In this document: positions 19,639 to 26,575 of the stretch, piece after piece
How positions within the stretch are numbered: the stretch's first letter is position 1
Layout: each line of letters starts with the position of its first letter
Source: a virus
Lineage: Duplodnaviria > Caudoviricetes
IMG/VR virus record: IMGVR_UViG_3300011335_000039
Span: 1 to 33,613 of that record
Length of the DNA stretch: 33,613 nucleotides
Reading direction: 5' to 3' (one strand)
Made by a program: the position numbers and the translations under genes
Notes under the pieces: model-generated
What the model was told of the DNA's origin: nothing
What the model saw: the letters and a program-made list of their open reading frames with translations, nothing else
Databases searched by the model: none

Positions 19639-20257
19639 TTTTGACTTTCATAAGTTTAATAATTTTGTCGTCCAGTTCAGCAAGGAATTTGACGATTGCA
19701 TCTTCTGTTTGCTTGATAAACACATCATCCCGTGGGACACGTTTCACAAACAACTGAAGTTCCTCTGGCAGACGATTGTCAAACGACACAAAGTCACACC
19801 AGCTACGCCCTGTGCAAGCCATTTGAAATTGCATTTGGGTGTTGTATTTGCTTGGCACAATCTGGGTCAGCAAAGTGTCAATGTGCGTTGCGGTATTTGG
19901 GCATTTGATTTCTAGCAATCCATCATCCCCAACAAGCCCGTCAGGAGAAGCGCCAGCCATTTCAATTGTGGGGTGGGGTACAAACCCCACTTCATCCACT
20001 AAAACATTGTTGGCGACTTCATACGACAAACGGGCAAGCGGCTCTGTGTCTGTCCCATGTTGCATTGCGGCAGAAGTAAAGAATTCTTCCCGTTGCCCCG
20101 TTAAACGTTCACAAATCAATTGCGCCATGTAATTAGCCCGACTTGCGGCATAACCTGATTGTGTTTTGGCAATTACATCAGCAACTTTGGAAGCCGTGAC
20201 TTTACCAATTCGTGCCGCAAACCATTCGTCTGAGCGTTGTTCAATCATTTCAATCAT
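19631..20257 (-). CDS. YqaJ/lambda-exonuclease family 5'-3' exonuclease
   Basis: QRSDEWF..R.G..TAS, GASPDGL...LEIKCP, Q.Q.QM...G..WCDFVSFD.R motifs. Confidence 0.93.
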   Translation of the reverse strand: MIEMIEQRSDEWFAARIGKVTASKVADVIAKTQSGYAASRANYMAQLICERLTGQREEFFTSAAMQHGTDTEPLARLSYEVANNVLVDEVGFVPHPTIEMAGASPDGLVGDDGLLEIKCPNTATHIDTLLTQIVPSKYNTQMQFQMACTGRSWCDFVSFDNRLPEELQLFVKRVPRDDVFIKQTEDAIVKFLAELDDKIIKLMKVKNV

Positions 20258-20349
20258 AGTGGTGCATCCTCATAGTTATCGGGGTTAAACTTGGGGCGCT
20301 TAGTCCCCTTGTCCATTGGGTTTGGGAATGGTGGGAAAGGCCAGCTCAC
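20254..20349 (-). CDS. 31-aa Pro-rich peptide (MSWPFPPFPNP...YEDAPL)
   Basis: GTG start overlaps the ERF stop (GTGA), and its stop overlaps the exonuclease start (ATGA). Below the ORF-track cutoff. Confidence 0.65.
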   Translation of the reverse strand: MSWPFPPFPNPMDKGTKRPKFNPDNYEDAPL

Positions 20350-20906
20350 AATTTAGCCTTTGCTTTGTCTTTGGCGGCAATCACTTTGCCTTGCCACTCT
20401 GTATTGCCATTGCAAGCGGCATAAGCGGCTTTGTAAGCGCTTTTTAAATTGTCTTGGTCTGTTGATGCCTCAATAGCCGCTAAATGGTCTGTAAGGGCGC
20501 TTTCATTGATTGATGGTTTTTCAATGACGGTCTTACGGCTGGCTACGTTACCGTCATCATCCTCTGGGGCTATGCCGCAAGCCGCCATAAGGCTATAACG
20601 TCTAGCGTAAGTCAAAGCTGATCCATAACCCTGTGCATCTTGTTTGTTGGCAGGGACATGAAGAATGCCGCACTCAAGCATTTCGCCTGATTCGTGAATG
20701 AACATGGTTTCAATCATTACGCCATTGGCGCAATCGTAATTTTTTTGGATCAAGGCAATACCGTTGTCGTTTAAAGCGTCAATGACTGCCTCAACACAAG
20801 CCGCCAAATCTGCATAGCGTGACTTGAAATGCGGGTTAGTGGAGGATTTGAGGGCAGGGCCAAACGCCTTTTGTGCTTTGACCAATGCTGTTGCTAAATT
20901 TTTCAT
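20346..20906 (-). CDS. erf: ERF-family single-strand annealing recombinase
   Basis: NPHFKS.YADL and Q.YGSALTYARRY.L....GI..EDDDG motifs. Confidence 0.93.
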   Translation of the reverse strand: MKNLATALVKAQKAFGPALKSSTNPHFKSRYADLAACVEAVIDALNDNGIALIQKNYDCANGVMIETMFIHESGEMLECGILHVPANKQDAQGYGSALTYARRYSLMAACGIAPEDDDGNVASRKTVIEKPSINESALTDHLAAIEASTDQDNLKSAYKAAYAACNGNTEWQGKVIAAKDKAKAKL

Positions 20907-21088
20907 GCTTCATCCTTTAAATAAGCCGTTAGGCGTTTGATTCGGTCTGAGTGATAGTCACCCATACGCTTTGCATATTCCTGAGCGCTGAGAGCCTCTA
21001 ACAGCTTACGCTGTGCCATTTCAAGTTCTTTAGCCGCCAACTCTTTGGCTGATGGCAAGCGGAAATAATCTTTTAATTGGTCAATCAT
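20903..21088 (-). CDS. Hypothetical helical protein (61 aa)
   Basis: Start re-placed at ATG 21088 (MIDQLKDYFRLPSAKELA...); ATGA coupling to ERF. Confidence 0.6.
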   Translation of the reverse strand: MIDQLKDYFRLPSAKELAAKELEMAQRKLLEALSAQEYAKRMGDYHSDRIKRLTAYLKDEA

Positions 21089-21090
21089 GG

Positions 21091-21183
21091 TTAGCCTCTC
21101 CAAGCCAGCATTACGCCAATGCCGCCAAAGATAACAATGGCAAGCGCCCATTCAACTAGGGTTTGAATAATCTTAGATTTCAT
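21091..21183 (-). CDS. 30-aa single-TM peptide (MKSKIIQTLVEWALAIVIFGGIGVMLAWRG)
   Basis: AAGGA SD; fills the gap exactly; hydrophobic. Confidence 0.6.
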   Translation of the reverse strand: MKSKIIQTLVEWALAIVIFGGIGVMLAWRG

Positions 21184-21451
21184 TTTGTTCCTTTAACATA
21201 CGGGCGTGGTGAATCTTGGTTTCAGACATGATGTGTTGAAATTCTGATAAAGGCAGATCACAAGAAATGTCATCACCCTTTAAATTAAAAACAAACACAT
21301 CGTAAATTTCTGCTGAGTTGTGGTCATGCGGCATATTGATTTCTGCGGGGTAGTAGTCATAACCAACTTTGACGTTCTCAAGCGTTGTGCCATTGTCATA
21401 AGACACAACGTCATCAAAGTAATAGTGAAGTTTGTAGTCAGTCATGGTCAT
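21173..21451 (-). CDS. Hypothetical acidic protein
   Basis: 92 aa, D/Y-rich; AAGGA SD. Confidence 0.6.
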   Translation of the reverse strand: MTMTDYKLHYYFDDVVSYDNGTTLENVKVGYDYYPAEINMPHDHNSAEIYDVFVFNLKGDDISCDLPLSEFQHIMSETKIHHARMLKEQNEI

Positions 21452-21454
21452 TCC

Positions 21455-21688
21455 TTAAGCGTCATCCAACATTAAACGGTTGCGTTCAATTGCATCAATG
21501 CGAACAATGCGTTGACCCTCAAAATCCTTAGCGTGGATTTGATTGCGGATGTCGCAAAGAATGGATTTAGCGGCATGAACAGCGTCATAACCAATGTCAA
21601 CACCGTTGTTAAAAGCGGTGTGATAAGCAGTTTTAGCGGCATAAAAATCCGCCTCTGCTTTTGCTTCACGTTGAAATAAAGTTGACAT
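21455..21688 (-). CDS. Hypothetical early protein
   Basis: 77 aa; first gene after promoter cassette 1; TAGGA SD. Confidence 0.65.
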   Translation of the reverse strand: MSTLFQREAKAEADFYAAKTAYHTAFNNGVDIGYDAVHAAKSILCDIRNQIHAKDFEGQRIVRIDAIERNRLMLDDA

Positions 21689-21689
21689 T

Positions 21690-21797
21690 TTGATTTTTCC
21701 TAAAAAGACCCCAAGAAGTTAGGGCATGGGTGAATTATAAGCGGTCTTATGGGTAAGTCAACAATTATTTTGTTAGGACTTACCCTAATGTTGTTTT
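21690..21797 (-). promoter_or_regulatory. Leftward promoter/leader cassette, copy 1
   Basis: Minus strand: TTGACT(21761-21756)-16 nt-TATAAT(21739-21734), then leader ATGCCCTA..TGGGGTCTTTTTAGGA. Imperfect repeat of 22191-22310. Confidence 0.8.
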
Positions 21798-22190
21798 TTA
21801 TGCTTTAGCCCAATAGCCATAAACCATTTTGTGTGATGGATCAAATGTGTCATTGGGTACGCCATCAATTACCGCCACAAGGTGATGTGCTTGCCTTGCA
21901 ATGACTACACCTTTGGGCATATCTGAACAACGTGCTTTGCGTCCCTCAAATTTAGGTGCTGAAACCCATTTCCAACCTTGTTGTTCTAAGAATGGGATAT
22001 AAACTTTTTTGTTTAAACCGTTACGGGCAGATTTGGTATTGCCAAAATCTTTGTTCAATTGGGCTAATTGTTTGTAAGTTGTTTTGTAGTCAAGACCCAT
22101 TGCAATTGCAATTGCTCTAACTACACAATCACCAGCATTGCCTTTAAAGCCAGCTTCTTTTCTACCGCCATCGTTAAATTGATAAGTCAT
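21798..22190 (-). CDS. Papain-like (C39-like) cysteine peptidase-fold protein
   Basis: GDCVVRAIAIA (Cys), HLVAVIDG (His) and DTFD (Asp). Confidence 0.6.
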   Translation of the reverse strand: MTYQFNDGGRKEAGFKGNAGDCVVRAIAIAMGLDYKTTYKQLAQLNKDFGNTKSARNGLNKKVYIPFLEQQGWKWVSAPKFEGRKARCSDMPKGVVIARQAHHLVAVIDGVPNDTFDPSHKMVYGYWAKA

Positions 22191-22310
22191 TTGATTTCCT
22201 AAAAAGACCCCATGCGATTTGCTAGGGCATGATGTAATTATAACCTACCTTATACCCATGTCAACAACTATTTCACATTATTTTCTAGGTGTTTTCCCTA
22301 ATGTTGCTTT
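22191..22310 (-). promoter_or_regulatory. Leftward promoter/leader cassette, copy 2
   Basis: Minus strand: TTGACA(22264-22259)-16 nt-TATAAT(22242-22237), with the same leader and SD as copy 1. Confidence 0.85.
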
Positions 22311-22320
22311 TATACAAATG

Positions 22321-22329
22321 TGTTATAAT
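22321..22329 (+). promoter_or_regulatory. Extended -10 rightward promoter (TGtTATAAT)
   Basis: TGnTATAAT ends 7 nt before the cro ATG; no SD. Confidence 0.7.
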
Positions 22330-22336
22330 GTGGCTT

Positions 22337-22492
22337 ATGAATAAAGAAAAGTTTATTGCACTAGCTGGTTCACAGAGTGATCTAGCCAAGCTATTGGGGA
22401 TAAAGCAACCAGCTATTTCCCAATGGAAGGCTGTGCCTATTGCAAGAATTTGGCAATTAAAGTTATTGCGTCCGCATTGGTTTGTGGATTAA
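22337..22492 (+). CDS. cro: Cro-like HTH regulator (51 aa)
   Basis: AGSQSDLAKLLGIKQPAISQW...P..R..QL; first rightward gene. Confidence 0.85.
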   Translation: MNKEKFIALAGSQSDLAKLLGIKQPAISQWKAVPIARIWQLKLLRPHWFVD

Positions 22493-22595
22493 GATTGTTT
22501 GAAACACGGCTAGGCAGGGAGTAATTACCCCGCTGAAAAGAGTTCCTCCCTCTCCTGCCGCAGTTTCTTTTAGGGAGTGTTAAAAGGCGAGAAAA

Positions 22596-23360
22596 ATGCA
22601 CTATTACAAGAGAAATCTTGGCGACTATGCCAAGAAAGCTGGACGTTTGACCATGTTGCAACACGGTGCGTACACGCTTCTAATTGATTCGTGTTATGAC
22701 CGTGAAATATTCCCAACTTTGGATCAAGCACTTGAATGGACTTGGGCATCAACAGAAGCTGAAGTTGAGGCTGTAAAGTTTGTTTTAACTAGGTTTTTTA
22801 CGCTTGATAAAGATGGCTGTTATGTGCAAGACAGGATTCTTCAAGAGTTGTTGCATTACCATAAAAATGCAGATACAAACAAACGAATTGCTGATGAAAG
22901 AGAAGCAAAGCGTAGAGAAAAAAGCACGAACCGTGTACCAAGCGTTAACGAAGCTACACCTAACCAAGAACCACTAACCACTAACAATAAACCAATAAAA
23001 GAAAACAAGCGCGGCTCACGCCTTGCTTTAGATTTTCGTTTTACAAAAGAATGGGAAGAATTTTGCCAACAAACAAGACCAGAACTTAGCCCTGTCAAAA
23101 CCTTTGACCAGTTTAAAGATTATTGGATAGCCCAAGCTGGTCAGAAGGGCGTGAAGTTGGATTGGTTTGCGACATGGCGCAATTGGGTTAGAAGTACCAA
23201 CGCACCCAAGCAAAACCCTTATGACGTTGTAAAGCTCACAGTTCCATCAAAGAATGAGCCTGACCCTGCTTTGGAAAAGATTAAAGCTGATGACTTAAAA
23301 GCCGCACCAATTCCTTTAGATATTTTGGCAAAGATGGCAGAACTGAGGAAAAAAGCATGA
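22596..23360 (+). CDS. DUF1376/YdaU-family replication initiator-like protein
   Basis: MHYY....GDY......L....HGAY..L.D..Y; C-terminal RGSRL...F.DYW....G.K.DW.ATWRNW. Confidence 0.82.
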   Translation: MHYYKRNLGDYAKKAGRLTMLQHGAYTLLIDSCYDREIFPTLDQALEWTWASTEAEVEAVKFVLTRFFTLDKDGCYVQDRILQELLHYHKNADTNKRIADEREAKRREKSTNRVPSVNEATPNQEPLTTNNKPIKENKRGSRLALDFRFTKEWEEFCQQTRPELSPVKTFDQFKDYWIAQAGQKGVKLDWFATWRNWVRSTNAPKQNPYDVVKLTVPSKNEPDPALEKIKADDLKAAPIPLDILAKMAELRKKA

Positions 23361-23590
23361 AAGATTTATTTGGTGATGAGGAATTTGATTGGAAAAAAGA
23401 ATGGCAAGGGATGCCAGAGTTTATTCAAGATGATTTGTCAGAAATTCACAGCATTACAGTTCATTTTTTGACCACAGAGGACATGATTAAATTTTCTGAA
23501 CTGATTGGCAAAAACATTACTTTTACAACTAAAAGCGTTTTGTTTCCAGTAAACCAAACAGAAAAAAAGGTGTGGATAGATGAATCCTAA
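23357..23590 (+). CDS. Small partner protein upstream of the glycosyltransferase
   Basis: EWQGMPEF...ITVHF...F..LIG..IT..TKS; overlaps both neighbours. Confidence 0.65.
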   Translation: MKDLFGDEEFDWKKEWQGMPEFIQDDLSEIHSITVHFLTTEDMIKFSELIGKNITFTTKSVLFPVNQTEKKVWIDES

Positions 23591-24449
23591 ACACCCTGTT
23601 TACATTGTTTCCAAAGGGCGATGGGAGTCCCGGCTAACCAGCAAAGCGTTTGACGAAATGCAAATGCCTTATTTTATTGTTGTTGAGCAACAAGAATATG
23701 ATAAATATGCCAAAGTAATTGACCCATCGAAAATTTTAATACTTGATAAACAATATTTAAAAGACTACGACACTTGCGACAGTTTGGGAGACACGCTAGG
23801 GGTGGGCCCGGGCGCGGCAAGAAATTTCTGTTGGGATCATTCAATCTTTATTGGCGCTAAGTGGCATTGGGTACTGGATGACAACATTGATGGTTTTTGC
23901 CGCCTTAACCGAAATGAGCGCCACAAAGTCACTTCTGGAACAATTTTTAAAATTGCAGAGGATTTTGTTGAGCGTTATGAAAATGTATCTCAAGCTGGCT
24001 TTGAATACCGTTTTTTTGCTGGTGGTAGCAGACGCAAAAAGCCGCCATTTCGCCTAAACACAAGGATTTATTCTTGCATTCTTAACCGTAATGATGTGCC
24101 TTACCGTTGGAGAGGACGCTACAACGAGGACACAGACCTTTCCTTACGAATGCTTAAAGATGGCTGGTGTACCGTATTGTTTCAATGTTTTCTGCAAAAC
24201 AAAGCGGCAACACAAACCGTTAAAGGCGGCAATACAGCAGAGTTCTATGAAAAAGAAGGAACGCTTCCAAAATCACAAATGCTGGTTGATTTACATTCTG
24301 ATGTGTCCAGATTGGCTTTTCGCTATGGCAGACACCATCACCATGTTGATTACAGCGGATTTCAAAAAAACTTGTTAATTAAAAAACAAGGAATTGAAAT
24401 TCCAACAGGCATTAACAATTATGGAATGAAATTAAATGACACACCATGA
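23580..24449 (+). CDS. GT-A fold glycosyltransferase, TAGT/GREB1-like family
   Basis: VYIVSKGR, GAARN, WVLDDNI, YSCIL, NEDTDLSLR and GGNT motifs. Confidence 0.8.
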   Translation: MNPKHPVYIVSKGRWESRLTSKAFDEMQMPYFIVVEQQEYDKYAKVIDPSKILILDKQYLKDYDTCDSLGDTLGVGPGAARNFCWDHSIFIGAKWHWVLDDNIDGFCRLNRNERHKVTSGTIFKIAEDFVERYENVSQAGFEYRFFAGGSRRKKPPFRLNTRIYSCILNRNDVPYRWRGRYNEDTDLSLRMLKDGWCTVLFQCFLQNKAATQTVKGGNTAEFYEKEGTLPKSQMLVDLHSDVSRLAFRYGRHHHHVDYSGFQKNLLIKKQGIEIPTGINNYGMKLNDTP

Positions 24450-24672
24450 AGCAAACAGAATTCTTGACAGAGCCAGAGAAGGGCAACAATTTAGCGAATT
24501 TGTCATCCTCAGAGCGCTTGAACTTACGGGAGACTATGAGGCAAACGGAAGCAGTGGAATGGATCAGGCGCTTCAAAAAGAAAGCGTTAGAGGAAGGTGG
24601 GGGGGAAGCCCAATATTGGTGGCAACAGACCCTAGCGGACATTGCCAAAAAACGCGGACAACCAGCCGCTGA
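24436..24672 (+). CDS. Hypothetical protein
   Basis: MTHHEANRILDRAREGQQ...; 3' half overlaps the next ORF. Confidence 0.5.
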   Translation: MTHHEANRILDRAREGQQFSEFVILRALELTGDYEANGSSGMDQALQKESVRGRWGGSPILVATDPSGHCQKTRTTSR

Positions 24673-24727
24673 TGACCTACGCCAAAGAATGAACAGGATT
24701 AAAAATGAGACGAGCCGCAAGAGTTGA
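24536..24727 (+). CDS. Hypothetical helical protein
   Basis: Probable start at ATG 24536 after GGAG; EWIRR...WW...IAKKRG..AADDLR.RMN. Confidence 0.55.
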   Translation: MRQTEAVEWIRRFKKKALEEGGGEAQYWWQQTLADIAKKRGQPAADDLRQRMNRIKNETSRKS

Positions 24728-24971
24728 CGCAAATCAGGAACAGATCGTTTCAGCCCTGAGAGCCGCGGGCGCTTATGTGTGGATTATTTCTTTGCCTGTT
24801 GACCTTTTAGTTGGATTTCGCAATCACACATTCTTGGTGGAGATCAAAACAGACTCTAAAAAGCGTTTAACGGGCTTACAAGCCGATTTCTTTGAAAACT
24901 GGTCTGGTAGTACGTTGGCGCGAATTGATAGCCCTGAAGCCGCCCTACGCATGATTGGAGTTATCAAATGA
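24705..24971 (+). CDS. VRR-NUC-like PD-(D/E)XK nuclease / resolvase
   Basis: RVDANQ..IV.ALR..G...DLLVG......VEIK....LT..Q..F motifs. Confidence 0.78.
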   Translation: MRRAARVDANQEQIVSALRAAGAYVWIISLPVDLLVGFRNHTFLVEIKTDSKKRLTGLQADFFENWSGSTLARIDSPEAALRMIGVIK

Positions 24972-25054
24972 GCAACAAAACAGCATGGGGAATGATTTTG
25001 TCTATTTTGTTGGCGTTTTGGGCGCTAATTGTTTTGTTTGTGAGGTCATTATGA
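24968..25054 (+). CDS. 28-aa single-TM peptide (MSNKTAWGMILSILLAFWALIVLFVRSL)
   Basis: ATGA overlaps at both ends; hydrophobic. Confidence 0.65.
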   Translation: MSNKTAWGMILSILLAFWALIVLFVRSL

Positions 25055-25452
25055 TTTTTACTTTGCACAACAGCCAGCAAGCGCACACAGTTCTAAAAGA
25101 TTTGTGGCCCAAAATTAAAGAAACCTTGCAAGCTGGCAAGCAATTGCGTTTGGAAGTCAAAAAGGCAACCAGAAGCACAGACCAGAATGATATGTTTCAC
25201 GCCCTAATTGACAAGGTTTATAAGGCAATGAAACTGGCTGGCTCAACGTGGATAGCAGACGATTGGAAACGGCTTTTAATTGACCAATGGGCGCATGAGA
25301 CAGGGCGCAAGATTGGCAAGGTAGCGCCTAGCCTAGACGGTGAAAGGGTTGTGCAGTTAGGGCTACAGAGCCACAAATTCACTAAAGAGGAAGGCTCAGA
25401 GTTTATTGAATGGTTATTGTGCTGGATGGCAGAAAAAGGAATAGAGACATGA
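25051..25452 (+). CDS. ninB: NinB-family recombination protein
   Basis: RSTDQN..FHA...W....WK...SLDG..VV.LG......K.E.SE.IE motifs; GAGG SD supports a start at 25051. Confidence 0.85.
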   Translation: MIFTLHNSQQAHTVLKDLWPKIKETLQAGKQLRLEVKKATRSTDQNDMFHALIDKVYKAMKLAGSTWIADDWKRLLIDQWAHETGRKIGKVAPSLDGERVVQLGLQSHKFTKEEGSEFIEWLLCWMAEKGIET

Positions 25453-25604
25453 ATTTTAATCAAGGTGAACTGGTAGACAGTCTTATAGAAGACTTGCTGT
25501 ATACCATCAACAAATACGATGAAACCCTTTACATGGCGACAATTATTGGCGCTTTGGAATTAGTCAAATTACAACTAATTTACGAAGGGATTGACGAAAA
25601 ATGA
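25449..25604 (+). CDS. Hypothetical protein (51 aa)
   Basis: ATGA coupled; IIGALELVK motif. Confidence 0.6.
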   Translation: MNFNQGELVDSLIEDLLYTINKYDETLYMATIIGALELVKLQLIYEGIDEK

Positions 25605-25822
25605 TGTGTCCAGTTTGCAAAACCCGCCATAACAAAGTTTTAGACACAAGAGCAAACCCCGAATTTATCCTTAGAAGGCGAATATGCGCTAACGGTCACA
25701 AATATCTAACCAGAGAATATGCAATAACTGATGACACAATATCTGAAACACCAATATGTGAGAAGCCAGAAACTCCTAAAGCTAGTAGCAAATTTAGCTT
25801 GTCAAAGCTGTGGCATAGATAA
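25601..25822 (+). CDS. NrdR-like zinc-ribbon protein lacking the ATP cone
   Basis: MCPVC.....KVLDTR......RRRIC..GH...T.E. Confidence 0.72.
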   Translation: MMCPVCKTRHNKVLDTRANPEFILRRRICANGHKYLTREYAITDDTISETPICEKPETPKASSKFSLSKLWHR

Positions 25823-26054
25823 CGGGGTTCAGGCGGCTCACAGCAATTGGGGTGGCGGCAAGGGTAAGGGCATCAAAGCTGATGACAACCTAGTGGCGGC
25901 TTTGTGCCTTAAATGCCATTACGAAATAGACCAAGGGGCGCATTTATCAAAAGATAAGCGCAAGGAAATGTGGCAAAAAGCCCACATTGCAACGGTTGAG
26001 GCACTTGGGGACAGATGGCCCGCAGAAGTGCCAATTCCTCACTTACCCTTGTGA
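25731..26054 (+). CDS. Zn-binding HNH-like nuclease-domain protein (DUF1364/DUF968-like)
   Basis: RS..LL..V..L.CQSCG....AAH....GKG.GIKA.D.....LC..CH..ID. Confidence 0.75.
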   Translation: MTQYLKHQYVRSQKLLKLVANLACQSCGIDNGVQAAHSNWGGGKGKGIKADDNLVAALCLKCHYEIDQGAHLSKDKRKEMWQKAHIATVEALGDRWPAEVPIPHLPL

Positions 26055-26209
26055 GCCTTATCCAAGCCCTGTGCCTCATGTTGCTTCAATTCTTTTTCGA
26101 CAGCTTTAATGCGTGACATTTCCTGACGATGCTCAGAGACTTTTTCGTAGTGCATAGGCTCACGGGGAGTTTTAGACTTTGCGGCTGTGATGATAAATTT
26201 TGAAGCCAT
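26039..26209 (-). CDS. Small basic protein, lone minus-strand gene
   Basis: Start at ATG 26209 with a CAGGA SD; divergent from the gene at 26293. Confidence 0.6.
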   Translation of the reverse strand: MASKFIITAAKSKTPREPMHYEKVSEHRQEMSRIKAVEKELKQHEAQGLDKAHKGK

Positions 26210-26232
26210 GATAAATCCTGTTAAAATGGTGA

Positions 26233-26264
26233 TTGACATTGTGCCACATAGCGCATAAAGTCAA
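26233..26264. promoter_or_regulatory. Overlapping divergent promoters
   Basis: Plus strand: TTGACA-17-TAAAGT. Minus strand: TTGACT...TGgCACAAT. Confidence 0.6.
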
Positions 26265-26292
26265 AACCATAAATTCTTTGCAAGGAAAAATC

Positions 26293-26505
26293 ATGGGAAA
26301 AGCTGATACAACAATGGCTAAAAGCACAACTGGCGCAACACCCCCCAAAGGTGCGGCATCTTCTGACAAGTCTGGTGAGCGCATGGGTAAAACCGTGGGT
26401 GGCGTAGGCATGGGTAAAGAGGACAAAACAGGCGCTGACAAGCTGTTCAATACTGGTCGCACAGACGGTATTTGCTACACAAAAACTAAATCAGAGTACC
26501 GCTGA
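26293..26505 (+). CDS. Small G/K-rich hypothetical protein (70 aa)
   Basis: AAGGA SD supports a start at 26293. Confidence 0.6.
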   Translation: MGKADTTMAKSTTGATPPKGAASSDKSGERMGKTVGGVGMGKEDKTGADKLFNTGRTDGICYTKTKSEYR

Positions 26506-26575
26506 AAAAGCGAAACCCAAACAGTCATGCAGGGCTGAATGGGTTTCTAGGCACAACAAATAAAGGAGATTTGCC

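Noticed and set aside
21690-22310. CRISPR array or IS ends
   Set aside because: There are only two long degenerate copies, made of promoter and RBS elements; no cas or transposase gene.
24955-25050. N-terminal extensions of NinB, Cro, and the 20903 and 26233 ORFs in the supplied track
   Set aside because: Downstream ATGs with an SD, ATGA coupling or promoter geometry fit better, and the extensions overlap other genes or promoters.
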